40,000 bases of DNA from an uncultured Solirubrobacterales bacterium (lineage in GTDB: Bacteria > Actinomycetota > Thermoleophilia > Solirubrobacterales > Solirubrobacteraceae): positions 1,405,437 to 1,445,436 of the forward strand of contig CAWFNV010000003.1 in NCBI GenBank assembly GCA_963817345.1, given 5' to 3'. Under the pieces are notes generated by a model. It ran no database searches and was not told the origin of the DNA. It was given only the letters and a program-made list of their open reading frames with translations. This document shows positions 24,523-34,575 of the stretch, one piece after another (position 1 is the first letter of the stretch; the number at the start of each line of letters is the position of its first letter). A program made the position numbers and the translations under genes.

Positions 24523-27500
24523 GTGCCGAGTGCCGCCGAAGCCACTTCTACGGCGGCTCTGTCTCGAAGTCCAGAGCCCTTGATGGCCGAGTCCACTCCA
24601 GTGGCCCTCGCGGCCGCGCCTACGCCCACTTCCGCCGAAATTGCTCGCGCGGAGAAGTTCGTGCGCGATCGCTTCCTACACGAGGGCGAGGATCCCGCCG
24701 TTGCGCTGGGCTCTGGTTCCCCGCGCAGGCGCGCGCTGGAGCAGGCGCTGGCGGAGCTGGACAGCGGTGCCAAGTACCCATCGACTGCTTGGCGGCGGGA
24801 CTTCTCGCTGCTGCTGGGGCTGGAGCGGCTGCTGTCTGAGGACGAGCCAAAGCTGGCGGACGGCACTGTGCTCTCAGCACACCAGGTGGACGCCCTGTCA
24901 GGAACGCTGACAGCGCTGCTTGCTGAGGCTCAGCGCACGTCCTGGAACGGTGACGGTCGCGCTGCTGCCACCACGGCCTCGCCTGAGCTGCTGGCGTCCG
25001 CGGCGATCCTCGGCCCGGACGATGAGCCACCGGCGGACTCTGCAAGTCTCGCCAACGGGAGTGCACATGGTGCTGATTCGCGCGCGGACCCCGACTCGGC
25101 AGATGACGCCTATGAGGCTGACGAGGAGGACGTTGACGAGGACGACGAGGAGGAGTCCGAGGACGAGGACGACGACGAGCTCGGCCCGGTCCAGCGGGCG
25201 GCCCCCGATGAGGACGATGAGGACGAGGAGGAGGACGAGCTCGAGGAGGAGGACGACGAGGTCCTGGAGGAGGAGGCCGAAGAGGAGCTTCAGGGCGACT
25301 CCGAGGAGGAGCCTCGCGACTGGGTCGATGAGGAGGAGGATGAGGAGGAGTCGCTCGCCGAGCAGCCCGAGGACCCAAATGCGGCGAAGCGGTTCTGGTT
25401 CGAGCACGCGACCGGCGCAGGCAAGACAGTCGCCGCGCTTGGATTCGTAGAGGCGTCGCAGACCGGTGGGATCCTGATCCTCACGCACCGGCGCAACCTC
25501 GTTGACCAATTCCATGGCGAGCTGCGCGCGCGGGGGTATGCAAAGCGCATCTCGAAGGCGCTGCTGAAAGGCGAGGACTCGGTCAAAGGGGGTGGGCGGG
25601 GGGGTGGGTGGGGCCCTGTAACTGTTGAGACCTACCAATGGTTCGTGCGCAACGCGGGCAAGATCTCGAGCGCCTACACGATCGTCATCTGCGACGAGGC
25701 GCACACCGCGCTGGGTGAGAAGACGAGCGGCGCGATCCGCGAATGGACGGGGCCGATCTTCATCGGCATGACCGCCACGGGCGCGCTGATCGCCCGCCAC
25801 GTCACCGACCTGTTCCCCACCCAGACCTCGCGCTTCGATCTCGCCCAGGCCGCCCGGCGCGGCGTGATTGCGCCGCTACGCTGCGTGCGCATTTCACCTG
25901 GTGTGGGCGTGCGCACGATCGCCAAGGTGCCCCTGCGCCGTGGCGAGGTGGACACCGAGTTCGATCAGGACGAGCTGGCGAAACTTCTCGACCAGGACCC
26001 ATTCAACATGGCGGCCGCGAACCTGTATAAGACCCGCTTCAACGGCGTGCCGGGGGTCGTGTATGCGGCAGGCGTGCGCCACGCGTACAACCTCGCCGAG
26101 GCGTTTCGCGCCGAAGGACTGAAGGCGCAGGCCGTTTCCGGCGAGACGCCCAAGCGTGAGCTCGCGGAGATCCTCGCGCGCTACGAGCGCGGCGACATCG
26201 ACGTGCTGATCAACGCACAGCTGCTGGCCGAGGGCTGGAACAGCCCGCGAGCAACCGTCTGTGTCCACCTCGCGCCGACGGCGTCAAAACGCATCTACCA
26301 GCAGCGCGTCGGGCGCGTCACCCGCCGGCACCCTGGCAAGGAGGCGGGGCTGGTTGTCGACTTCGTGCACCCGGCCACCAAGAACGACGACCCGGTCGTG
26401 ACGCTGCACTCGTTGCTCGACCGCGACGTGTACAGGGGCGGGGCAATCGTCGTCGGGCCCATTCGCCGCGGACGCGGCCGGCGGATGCGCGTGGAGCGCC
26501 GTGTGCTGCCGGTGTGTGTGGAGGAGGAGCGGCGGTTCGCTGTGTTCGAGCGCGAGCTGTGGCGGATCGCGGTCGAGCATCTCGACTACGGCGAGCAGCA
26601 CCTGTGGGCGGCGCTCGCTGGCGCGCGCGTGACCCCCAACGGCTGGCGCAGGGCACGGGCGATGCTGCACTTTGATCGGGCCGGCGAGCTCAAGAGCCGG
26701 TTCTTGATCACTGCGGTGGAAAGAAATCCGAACGCGCAGCTGCGACTGCGCGCTCTGACCGACATCGCTGCGGCGAAGGACCCGGATGCGTTTGACACGG
26801 CGATCGACATCATCGGCGGCTGGCCGCGCGAGGAGCGCAGAGAGGCATCGAAGATCATGCTGCGCGCGATGGTGGAGCGGCGCATCGGCCGTCGTGACCA
26901 GGCCAACGCTTGGATCTGGCGCCTGGCCGAGTACACGCGTGAGATCCACGAGGAGTACGCAGTGCAGCGCTGGCCTGAGACCAAGCGGCTGCTCGGCCTG
27001 CTGGTGAACTCTTCGGGAGGCGCGCACGCCCGCAACGCCAGACGACTGATCCACGCTGCGCGCAAGCAGGACCGGCGGCTGGCGGCTGCGCTGCTAGCGG
27101 CCGCGCTCGCACACACACCCGAGGCCGAGGAGGCCCTGCGCGGTGCGCGCACGCGCATGGCGCGCAAGCCCCCGGCGCTGGCTCGCGAGCTGCTGCGCAA
27201 CTTCCCCAAGCGCCGTGCCCGCAACAACCGGCGCAGGCGCAAAGGCAGCGCCAAGGGTGGCGCCGGGGACAATATGGAGGGGGTGGCGCAGACGGCGGCC
27301 GCGGCGACGGGTACCGATCGTCGAGACGTAGACACGGACGTGGCCACTCCGAAGTCCGCGGGCAGGCGTAGAGGTCGGGGGAGCAAACGCGGCAAGCAGG
27401 CCCAGGAGCCGAACGACGCAGTTCTGGACGAGGCGCTGACGAGCGAGGCGATGGCGTCTGCGAGCACGAACGGCAGCGGGTTGGCGCCGGCGGAAGAGGG

Positions 27501-27552
27501 CAAGCTGGACCGCGACGTCGCTGAGGCGCTGGATCACGCGCAGAAGCAGTGA
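24523..27552 (+). CDS. Large SF2 (ResIII/DEAH-type) helicase with an acidic insert and a basic C-terminal tail
   Basis: ORF 24523..27552 (GTG; alternative ATG 24583). Motifs: LSAHQVDAL, Walker A HATGAGKT, DEAH box VICDEAHTA, GMTATG, and helicase-C motifs LLAEGWNSP and QQRVGRVTR. An acidic tract of about 100 aa separates HQVDAL from Walker A. Confidence 0.8.
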   Translation: MPSAAEATSTAALSRSPEPLMAESTPVALAAAPTPTSAEIARAEKFVRDRFLHEGEDPAVALGSGSPRRRALEQALAELDSGAKYPSTAWRRDFSLLLGLERLLSEDEPKLADGTVLSAHQVDALSGTLTALLAEAQRTSWNGDGRAAATTASPELLASAAILGPDDEPPADSASLANGSAHGADSRADPDSADDAYEADEEDVDEDDEEESEDEDDDELGPVQRAAPDEDDEDEEEDELEEEDDEVLEEEAEEELQGDSEEEPRDWVDEEEDEEESLAEQPEDPNAAKRFWFEHATGAGKTVAALGFVEASQTGGILILTHRRNLVDQFHGELRARGYAKRISKALLKGEDSVKGGGRGGGWGPVTVETYQWFVRNAGKISSAYTIVICDEAHTALGEKTSGAIREWTGPIFIGMTATGALIARHVTDLFPTQTSRFDLAQAARRGVIAPLRCVRISPGVGVRTIAKVPLRRGEVDTEFDQDELAKLLDQDPFNMAAANLYKTRFNGVPGVVYAAGVRHAYNLAEAFRAEGLKAQAVSGETPKRELAEILARYERGDIDVLINAQLLAEGWNSPRATVCVHLAPTASKRIYQQRVGRVTRRHPGKEAGLVVDFVHPATKNDDPVVTLHSLLDRDVYRGGAIVVGPIRRGRGRRMRVERRVLPVCVEEERRFAVFERELWRIAVEHLDYGEQHLWAALAGARVTPNGWRRARAMLHFDRAGELKSRFLITAVERNPNAQLRLRALTDIAAAKDPDAFDTAIDIIGGWPREERREASKIMLRAMVERRIGRRDQANAWIWRLAEYTREIHEEYAVQRWPETKRLLGLLVNSSGGAHARNARRLIHAARKQDRRLAAALLAAALAHTPEAEEALRGARTRMARKPPALARELLRNFPKRRARNNRRRRKGSAKGGAGDNMEGVAQTAAAATGTDRRDVDTDVATPKSAGRRRGRGSKRGKQAQEPNDAVLDEALTSEAMASASTNGSGLAPAEEGKLDRDVAEALDHAQKQ
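25084..25377 (+). repeat. GAG/GAC-rich low-complexity coding tract (poly-Asp/Glu)
   Basis: Nearly uninterrupted gag/gac/gaa codons encoding DSADDAYEADEEDVDEDDEEESEDEDDDE...DEDDEDEEEDELEEEDDEVLEEEAEEE...DEEEDEEES. Confidence 0.8.
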
Positions 27553-27567
27553 TTTTTGGGCAGTGTC

Positions 27568-28302
27568 TCAGTGGGCGAGCTTGAGGTGGACTTCCCCTGC
27601 GTCGAGCATGATATGGCCCCCATCGGGGAGCTTGACGAGTAGACGTCCTGTGCCGTCGATCCCCGCGGCGCGCCCGCTGCCCTTGGCCCAAGTTACGTCC
27701 TGTCCGCGCAGGACGTCGCGCGCGCGCCAGGCGTCGAGGATCTGCGCAGTCGGCTCGCTGAGGCGACGTCCGAGCGCGGTGAGCAACTGGGCGAGCAGCG
27801 GCTCGATCGCCTTCCGTGGCTGTCCTAGGGTGGCGGCGGTGGGGCGCAGCTCCGCAGGCAGATCTTCGAGCTGGACGGCGACGTTCAGGCCGATGCCGAG
27901 CACGGCCCAGCCGTCCTGGGGGCGCCCCTCAGCGAGGATGCCCGCGAGCTTTGCCAGCCCGCGCTCAGGCGCGGGCGATTCCACGACGATGTCGTTGGGC
28001 CACTTGATCTGCGCCTGCTTGCCGGCGACGTCGCACACTGCCACGGCCGCGATCAGCGGCAGCAGCGGCGGAGGGCAGCGCAGCACCAACGACATCAACA
28101 GCGAGCTGTCCGGCGGCGCCGACCAGCGCCGGCCCTGACGCCCGCGCCCGGCGGTCTGCTCGGAGGCGGTGACGAGCGTCCCGTGCGGTGCCCCTGAAAT
28201 TGCGAGCGCGCGTGCGTGGTCGTTAGTCGAAGCGGTGAGGCGCAGGTGCAGGCGCGGATGCCCCAGTGACCCGAGCGCGCCAGCTGGCGACAGGACGTTC
28301 AA
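27568..28302 (-). CDS. birA: Biotin--[acetyl-CoA-carboxylase] ligase (group I, no HTH)
   Basis: ORF 27568..28302 with the signature QTAGRGRQGRRWSAP and the KWPND block IKWPNDIV. Confidence 0.85.
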   Translation of the reverse strand: MNVLSPAGALGSLGHPRLHLRLTASTNDHARALAISGAPHGTLVTASEQTAGRGRQGRRWSAPPDSSLLMSLVLRCPPPLLPLIAAVAVCDVAGKQAQIKWPNDIVVESPAPERGLAKLAGILAEGRPQDGWAVLGIGLNVAVQLEDLPAELRPTAATLGQPRKAIEPLLAQLLTALGRRLSEPTAQILDAWRARDVLRGQDVTWAKGSGRAAGIDGTGRLLVKLPDGGHIMLDAGEVHLKLAH

Positions 28303-28326
28303 AGCAGCGATCTCATCGTGTAGGTC

Positions 28327-29919
28327 CTACGCGCGCTCGCGCGCGCCCGCGTCCGCGAGCAGCGCGTCGATCACGCCATCGATGTCATGGCGCTTGGCTT
28401 CGATGTGAGGCTCGAGGCCGTACTCGCGCAGAGTCTGGCTTGTTACGGGGCCGATTGAGACGATCCGCGTCGCGGGCGAGAGGCCCGCCTCGTCGCCGGC
28501 GGCCTGTAGGAAGAAGCGCACGGTGGAGGAGGAGGTGAACGTGATGTAGTCGGCCGCGAGCGCTTCGCGCAGGATGTGCGCGGGCGGCGCCTGTGCGACC
28601 GTCTCATACAGCGCGAGCACGTACACCTCGGCGCCCTGTGCACGTAGCGCGTCTCCCAGCACCTCGCGTCCCTCGCGCGCACGGGCGATCAGCGCGCGGC
28701 GGACGGGTGGTTGCACGTGTGCGAGCGCGGCGACGAGCCCCTCCGCGAGGAAGCGCTCGGGCACGATGTCCGCGAGGATCCCGCGCTCGGCCAGGGCCGC
28801 GGCCGTGCCGGGGCCGATCGCGGCCACGCGCGTAGTCGCCAGCGCGCGCGCGTCCAGGCCGGCGGTGCGCAGGCGCTCGAACAGCGCATCCACGCCCGCG
28901 GGGCTCGTCAGGCAGAGCAGGTCATACGACGCCAGATCGGGCGCGGGGTGGGTGGGATCTGATAGCGGCACGATGCGGATCACGGGCGCCTGCACGACGC
29001 GGGCGCCGAGCGATTCCAAGCGCGTGGCGAGTCCACTGGCCGAGGTGCGCGCGCGGGTCACGGCGACCGTCAGCCCGGCCAGCGGTGCGGGGGTAAGCCA
29101 CGACAGCTCACCGGCCAACTCGGCGACGGGACCGACGACAGTGATCGATGGGGCACGCACGTTCTCCGCCTGGGCGAGGTCGGCGATCGTGGCGAGCGTG
29201 CCGGAGACGGTGCGCTGGTCGGGGAGCGTGCCGCGTTCCACGATCGCCACGGGCTCCTCGGCCGGGCGTCCGGCGGCGATCAGCGACCCCGCGATCTGAG
29301 GTAGACGTCGGACGCCCATGTAGAATACGAGCGTCCCCGGGAACGCTGCGAGCGCTGCCCAATCGAGGTTCGTCTCGGCTTGGGCTGGGTCTCCGGCGGC
29401 CGTTTCTCTGCTCGCGGTGTCCAGGGCGTCATCGGTGCGGGTATGCCCGGTGACGAACGCCACTGCGGTTGCGAGCCCGCGGTGGGTGACGGGGATGCCC
29501 GCGTAGGCCGCGGCGGCCACGCCGGAAGTGATGCCGGGCACCACCTCGAAGGGGATCCCGGCCTCGCGCAGCGTAAGTGCCTCCTCACCGCCGCGTCCGA
29601 ACACGAACGGGTCTCCGCCCTTCAGGCGCACGACGGTCTTGCCGGCTAGGGCGCGCTGCACCATCAGCCCCTCGGTCTGTTCCTGTAGGATGGATTCCCC
29701 GCCACCCTCCTTGCCCACGAAGAGGACCTCGGCGTCGGCTCGCACGCCGTCGAGCGCCGCGGTGGGGATCAGGCGGTCGTAGAGGATCACGTCCGCGCTA
29801 GCGATCAGCTCCAGCGCGCGCGTGGTCAGCAGGCCTGGGTCGCCGGGCCCGGCGCCGACCAGGTAGACGCGCCCCGGTGCGCCAGCGGCCTCCTCCCCGG
29901 ATTGCTCAGGCGGGCTCAA
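28327..29919 (-). CDS. Uroporphyrinogen-III C-methyltransferase / uroporphyrinogen-III synthase fusion
   Basis: ORF 28327..29919. The N-terminal SUMT domain has VYLVGAGPGDPGLLT and VVRLKGGDPFVFGRGGEE. The C-terminal HemD-like half has VTRA...TSPAGV...FTSSSTV. Confidence 0.85.
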   Translation of the reverse strand: MSPPEQSGEEAAGAPGRVYLVGAGPGDPGLLTTRALELIASADVILYDRLIPTAALDGVRADAEVLFVGKEGGGESILQEQTEGLMVQRALAGKTVVRLKGGDPFVFGRGGEEALTLREAGIPFEVVPGITSGVAAAAYAGIPVTHRGLATAVAFVTGHTRTDDALDTASRETAAGDPAQAETNLDWAALAAFPGTLVFYMGVRRLPQIAGSLIAAGRPAEEPVAIVERGTLPDQRTVSGTLATIADLAQAENVRAPSITVVGPVAELAGELSWLTPAPLAGLTVAVTRARTSASGLATRLESLGARVVQAPVIRIVPLSDPTHPAPDLASYDLLCLTSPAGVDALFERLRTAGLDARALATTRVAAIGPGTAAALAERGILADIVPERFLAEGLVAALAHVQPPVRRALIARAREGREVLGDALRAQGAEVYVLALYETVAQAPPAHILREALAADYITFTSSSTVRFFLQAAGDEAGLSPATRIVSIGPVTSQTLREYGLEPHIEAKRHDIDGVIDALLADAGARERA

Positions 29920-30817
29920 CGGTCATCTCCCGCGCCCGCGAGAGCAGCTCCCCGGCTCCGGCCGCCTGCATCCGCTCGGCCACGCGTCGCCCGAGCGCCT
30001 CGGGGTCGTAGAAGCCACCGAGCAGCTCATCTGAGACCCAGGCCGAGCCGTCGGGCAGCCCGACCCAGGCGCGCAGGTTCATGCAGCCGCAACCCGCGGG
30101 CACGGCGTACGCGCCGAGCGGCGTGTGGCAGCTCGCGCTCAGCGCGCTTGCGACGGCGCGCTCGGCGCGCAGGCAGGCGAATGTGTCCGCGTCGGTGATC
30201 GCCGCTACTGCTTCTTCGGCGTGCGCATCCCCGGCGCGTCCCTCCAGTGCGAGCACGCCCTGGCCGGGGGCGGGCACGAACCACACCGGGTCGAGGATCG
30301 CGCCGATCGCGTCCTCACGGCCGAGCCTCGAGAGGCCGGCGCGCGCGAGCACGAGCGCGTGCAGGCTATCCTCGGTCTTCCGATCGCCGAGCCGTCTCAG
30401 GCGCGTATCGACGTTGCCGCCGATCGTCACCACCCGCAGGTCCGCGCGCGCCGCGCGCAACTGTGCCGCACGCCGCAAGCTGCTGGTGCCCACGCGTGCG
30501 CCCTCAGGGAGAGCGTCCAGGGCAGGCGCGCCACACAGCACATCCTCGGCGGGCGCCCGTGCGGGCGCGCCCAGCAGCGACAACCCTCCGGCCAGCTCGC
30601 CCGGCACGTCCTTGGCGGAGTGCACCGCCAGGTCGATCTCGCCGGCCAGCAGCGCCTGCTCGATCGTGTTGACCCAGCGCGACTTGTCCTCGCCACCCGC
30701 CCGGTCGCCGGTCGTCGCGATCGTGACCAGCTCCGCGGGTGGGTGGGCTGCCAATGATCTGGCGACATCGCCCGCCTGCGCGAGCGCGAGCGCGCTCCCG
30801 CGGGTTCCGATTCGCAT
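29906..30817 (-). CDS. hemC: Porphobilinogen deaminase (hydroxymethylbilane synthase)
   Basis: ORF 29906..30817: MRIGTRGSALALAQA...AVHSAKDVP...RGNVDTRL-type blocks (GGNVDTRLRRL). Confidence 0.9.
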   Translation of the reverse strand: MRIGTRGSALALAQAGDVARSLAAHPPAELVTIATTGDRAGGEDKSRWVNTIEQALLAGEIDLAVHSAKDVPGELAGGLSLLGAPARAPAEDVLCGAPALDALPEGARVGTSSLRRAAQLRAARADLRVVTIGGNVDTRLRRLGDRKTEDSLHALVLARAGLSRLGREDAIGAILDPVWFVPAPGQGVLALEGRAGDAHAEEAVAAITDADTFACLRAERAVASALSASCHTPLGAYAVPAGCGCMNLRAWVGLPDGSAWVSDELLGGFYDPEALGRRVAERMQAAGAGELLSRAREMTVEPA

Positions 30818-32178
30818 CAGCCCTGGCGACGACGCTGGAGGTCGTGGACCTCGGCGAGCGCCGATTCGGCGGACTCTAGAGCCCCCCCGGCGGTCTCGTC
30901 GTCGTCGCGCAGCCCGAACAGCTCGCGCACGAGCTCGAGGCTCGCGTGACCGCGGTCTTCACTGAGGCTGCGCAGACGGATGGTCGGCTCGTGCAGCAGC
31001 CGGCCCATCACGGCTCTGGCGATCGCCTCCACGCGCGCGAGGTCGCGCTCGGACGCGGACTCCCAGCGCCCCGAGTTCTCGGCCAGCACCTGCCCGACGA
31101 TGTCGTCGCCGTGGGCGCGTAGGGCGCTGACCGTCGGCAGCGCGTCGAGCTGGCCCAGCCAGCGGGCGAAGCGCTGGATCTCCTGCTCGACGATCTCAAG
31201 TGCCCGCGGGGTCTCCTCCGCGCGGGTGCTCAGGTTGCGCGCGACGACTGCCTGCAGGTCGTCGATGTCGTACAGGCTGACGCCCTCCAGCTCGCCGCAC
31301 GCGGGGTCGACGTCGCGCGGCACGGCGATGTCGATCAGCAGGAGAGCCCGTCCGTCGCGCTCACGCATCACCAGCTCGAGCTCCTCGCGGCCGACGATCG
31401 GATGGGGTGAGGAGGTCGAGCACAGGACGATGTCGGCGTGCACGAGCTGGTCGGGGAGTTTGTCCAGGCCGACGACCGATCCGCCGAAGCGCTGGGCGAG
31501 GCTGAGCGCGCGGTCGGCGTGGCGGTTGGCGACGAAGATCGTGCCCACACCCTGCTCGGCGAGCGCACGCGCGGTCAGTTCGCTCGTTTCGCCCGCGCCG
31601 AGAATCACCACGTGACGCTTTTCCAGGTCGCCGAGAACGCTCAGTGCGAGGTCCACGGCCACCGACGGGACGCTTACGCGGCTGGCGCCGATCCCGGTCT
31701 CCGAGCGCACGCGCTTGCCCGTCGTCAGCGCCGCCGCGAACAAGCGGTTGGATAGCGGCCCGGTGCAGCTCGCGCGCATCGCCGTCTCATGCGCGCGCTT
31801 GACCTGGCCCTGAATCTCTGCCTCGCCGATGATCATCGACTCGAGACCCGCGGTCACTCGGTAGAGCTGGCGCGCAGCGTCGCAGTTGCGCGGCGAGTAG
31901 ATCTCCTGCGCCAGCTCGGTGGGGCGAATATCTGCGCGCCGGGCAAGCAGGCTGAGCACATCGCCCTCGGCTTTGACAAGAGCCCCACCCCCCCCGACGA
32001 CGACGAGATAGACCTCGGTGCGGTTGCACGTTGAGATTACGACTGCCTCGCGCACCTCCTCGGTGGCTGTCGCCTGGCGCGCAAAGTCGATCGCCTCACC
32101 CTCGCTGAACGCGAGGCGCTCGCGCAGCGCCACGGGCGCCGTCTTGTGGGAGATGCCGAGCGCCAGCAGCTCGCTCAT
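30817..32178 (-). CDS. hemA: Glutamyl-tRNA reductase
   Basis: Within ORF 30817..32493. ATG 32178 (MSELLALGISHKTAPVALRERLAF) overlaps the upstream stop (ATGA). It has the signature VISTCNRTEVY and the NADPH site ILGAGETSE. Confidence 0.9.
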   Translation of the reverse strand: MSELLALGISHKTAPVALRERLAFSEGEAIDFARQATATEEVREAVVISTCNRTEVYLVVVGGGGALVKAEGDVLSLLARRADIRPTELAQEIYSPRNCDAARQLYRVTAGLESMIIGEAEIQGQVKRAHETAMRASCTGPLSNRLFAAALTTGKRVRSETGIGASRVSVPSVAVDLALSVLGDLEKRHVVILGAGETSELTARALAEQGVGTIFVANRHADRALSLAQRFGGSVVGLDKLPDQLVHADIVLCSTSSPHPIVGREELELVMRERDGRALLLIDIAVPRDVDPACGELEGVSLYDIDDLQAVVARNLSTRAEETPRALEIVEQEIQRFARWLGQLDALPTVSALRAHGDDIVGQVLAENSGRWESASERDLARVEAIARAVMGRLLHEPTIRLRSLSEDRGHASLELVRELFGLRDDDETAGGALESAESALAEVHDLQRRRQG

Positions 32179-32429
32179 ACCGTCTCGTGCTCCCGCTGGC
32201 TTGGTGCCTCGTCTCCGACTCCGTGTCGGAGCGTCTCGCCCTGTCTGGCCTCGTCTCCTCCGGGCCGCTGCGCGCGCTCGCTCAGCTCCCGCAGGCTGCG
32301 CTCCACGCGGCTTAGGCGGATCGCCATGATCACCACATAGCTCAGAACGATTGCGAAGAACACGATGTAGGCGGCCGCCACGTAGCCGGAACCGGTGTTC
32401 TGAGGGAGGGTGCTGGCCAGCGCGCTCAT
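32175..32429 (-). CDS. Small single-TM protein in the CcmD position (haem exporter protein D-like)
   Basis: ORF 32175..32429 with TM helix YVAAAYIVFFAIVLSYVVIMAI. ATGA overlaps occur at both ends (ccmC stop and hemA start). The assignment rests on position and size only. Confidence 0.5.
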   Translation of the reverse strand: MSALASTLPQNTGSGYVAAAYIVFFAIVLSYVVIMAIRLSRVERSLRELSERAQRPGGDEARQGETLRHGVGDEAPSQREHETV

Positions 32430-33106
32430 CGGTAGCCGAGGATCCTGCTGCGCGCTTTGAGCAGTATGCGCGTGCGCTTGGCAGTGAGCTCATATGAGCA
32501 GAGCGTCGCGAACAACAGTGCCATCGCCGCCAACGACACCAGGAATGTGAGCCACATCGATCCCGGCAGATTAGATGTGCTGCCGAGCACGCGTGGATGC
32601 AGATAGGCGGTCGAGAGATTGACCGCCATGTAGTTCAGCGGCACGAACGCCCCGGCGGTGATCGCGAACACCGACGCGTAGCGCGCCTGGCGCTCGGGGT
32701 CCTCGATCGCAAAGCGCAGCGGCTGGTAGGTCGCATACAGCAGCATGATGATCAGAAACGACACGAGCGTCGGCTCGCTCCACACCCACCAGTGCCCCCA
32801 CGAACCGCGCGCCCAGATCGAGCCGGTGATCAGCGTGCCGACGCCGAAGATCAGGCTCATATGGATCGCTACGTAGGAGCGCAGGTCCCAGCGCTGATCG
32901 CGAGTGCGCAGCTGCATGATCGCCATGATCCCGCCGATTACGAACCCGCACAGCGTGACGATCGCCAGCGGCACATGCAGGTAGAAGATCTTTTGCAGAA
33001 ACCCTTCTTCAGCTTCGATCGGTGCGTAGAAGAACACCAGCGCGAGGGCGATGCCCATCGCGGCTACCGTGGCGATGCTCAGTGTGCGAAGGCCCCGTCC
33101 GTGCAT
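32426..33106 (-). CDS. ccmC: Haem exporter protein C / cytochrome c assembly protein
   Basis: ORF 32426..33106. It is multi-TM with a Trp-rich motif WGHWWVWSEPTL (variant of WGxxWxWDxRL) and conserved His residues. Confidence 0.75.
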   Translation of the reverse strand: MHGRGLRTLSIATVAAMGIALALVFFYAPIEAEEGFLQKIFYLHVPLAIVTLCGFVIGGIMAIMQLRTRDQRWDLRSYVAIHMSLIFGVGTLITGSIWARGSWGHWWVWSEPTLVSFLIIMLLYATYQPLRFAIEDPERQARYASVFAITAGAFVPLNYMAVNLSTAYLHPRVLGSTSNLPGSMWLTFLVSLAAMALLFATLCSYELTAKRTRILLKARSRILGYR

Positions 33107-33115
33107 GGGAGAGTC

Positions 33116-33895
33116 CTAGTCCTCCAAGAGGAAGTCGAAAACGGCGTAGGCGATCAGCCCGAACACCAGATCATAGAGCCCCAATGTCTCAAGCCAGCGC
33201 ACCGGCAGACCGTCCGCATGGGACAGCCCAAACAGCGGCGCGGTGGCCCGTGCGCCGCCGATCACCACCGGCACGAGCAGCGGAAGCGCCAGCAGCGGCC
33301 CCAGCAGGTCGCGCGCACGGGTGCGCACTGCCAGCGCCGCGACAAGCGTGCCAATCGCCGCAATCCCAACATCGGCGAGCGCGAGCACGACCAACAGGTC
33401 CGGCAGCGCCTGGTGAAGCGGTGGTGCAAGCAGCAGCAGTCCGAAGGCCGGCACCGCGACCAGCTCGAGCACCACAAGATAGGCGAACAGCGCGAGCGCC
33501 TTTGCCAGCAGCATCGCGCTGCGTTCGACCGGCGCGAGCAGGAAGGCGTCGAATCCACCTTGATCCTGGTCGGCGACGAACAGACGGTTGACGCCGAGCA
33601 TCGCAGCGAACAGCAGTGTCACCCACAGGATGCCCGCGGCCTCGTCCCCGCTGACGCTGTTTTGGTTGAGCGCGAAGTGGAACACGACGAACGTCGTCAC
33701 CGCGAACAGCGCCATCCCCGGCACGGACTCCAAAGTGCGCAGCTCCACGAGCAGCTCCTTGCGCAGCAGTGCGCCGACGGTCGCCCAGATACTCGGTGGC
33801 CCATTCAGCGCTGCAACCGGCGTCGCTTGCCCGACGGCCGCCTCCGCTGGCGGAGCCTCGGGCGCGTCGCTGGAGCGCTCAGTCAGCGCACTCAC
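33116..33895 (-). CDS. ccmB: Haem exporter protein B (ABC permease)
   Basis: ORF 33116..33895 (the GTG start overlaps the ccmA stop, GTGA). It is a six-TM CcmB-like permease sitting between ccmA and ccmC. Confidence 0.7.
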   Translation of the reverse strand: MSALTERSSDAPEAPPAEAAVGQATPVAALNGPPSIWATVGALLRKELLVELRTLESVPGMALFAVTTFVVFHFALNQNSVSGDEAAGILWVTLLFAAMLGVNRLFVADQDQGGFDAFLLAPVERSAMLLAKALALFAYLVVLELVAVPAFGLLLLAPPLHQALPDLLVVLALADVGIAAIGTLVAALAVRTRARDLLGPLLALPLLVPVVIGGARATAPLFGLSHADGLPVRWLETLGLYDLVFGLIAYAVFDFLLED

Positions 33896-34575
33896 CTGTA
33901 CAGCTCCGTTATCTGTCCTGAGTCGATGTCTGCGACCTCCCGCAGCAGTGCCGCCCGCCCGTCGCGCAGGCCGAGCACCAGGTCAGCTTCGCTGCACCCG
34001 CCGCCGGGATCATGGCTCGAGATCACTCGAGTACGGAGCCCGCTCGGGCCAGTTCCTGCGCCGATCAGCGGCTCGACCAGCTCCCGCGCCGCTGGATCGA
34101 GGTTCGCCCACGGCTCGTCGAGCAAAAGCAGTTCGGGATCGTGCAGCACAGCGCGGCAGATCGCCACGCGCTGCACCATTCCGCGGGACAGCGTCTTCAA
34201 TGGCTCATCGGCGCGATCTGCGAGCGTCACGGCCGCGAGCAACTCCTCGACGCGTGCTTCCCCAACGCCGTGCAGACGCGCGTGAAAGCGCAGGTTCTCG
34301 CGCGCGGTCAGCTCGCGGTACAGCAGCGGCTCGTGGCTGAGCAGCCCGACTCGCCCGCGTACGGCCCACGCCTCGTCCGGCAGGCTCTTGCCGAGCACAT
34401 GGACACTGCCTGAGTGAGGGCGCAGCAGCGTCGAGAGGACTCGCAGCAGCGTTGTCTTGCCGGCGCCGTTCGGCCCGAACACGACCAGTGTCTGTCCGGC
34501 GGTGAGCGACAGCGATACGTCGCTCAGAGCCTCACGTTCACCGTAACGGCGGACGAGCCCGTCTAGCTCGATCAC
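33892..34575 (-). CDS. ccmA: Haem exporter ATP-binding protein
   Basis: Within ORF 33892..34908. GTG 34575 ([12 protein letters not shown]) overlaps the upstream stop (GTGA). Walker A is [11 protein letters not shown], the signature is LSRGMVQR and Walker B is LLLLDEP. Confidence 0.8.
   Translation of the reverse strand: MIELDGLVRRYGEREALSDVSLSLTAGQTLVVFGPNGAGKTTLLRVLSTLLRPHSGSVHVLGKSLPDEAWAVRGRVGLLSHEPLLYRELTARENLRFHARLHGVGEARVEELLAAVTLADRADEPLKTLSRGMVQRVAICRAVLHDPELLLLDEPWANLDPAARELVEPLIGAGTGPSGLRTRVISSHDPGGGCSEADLVLGLRDGRAALLREVADIDSGQITELYR

Noticed and set aside
32597-34285. A 562-aa ORF on the plus strand, the longest unexplained ORF in the track.
   Set aside because: It is antisense to ccmC/ccmB/ccmA. 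Its composition is Arg/Gln/His/Asp-rich with no motifs and a poor third-position bias. It is a typical shadow ORF of high-G+C DNA.
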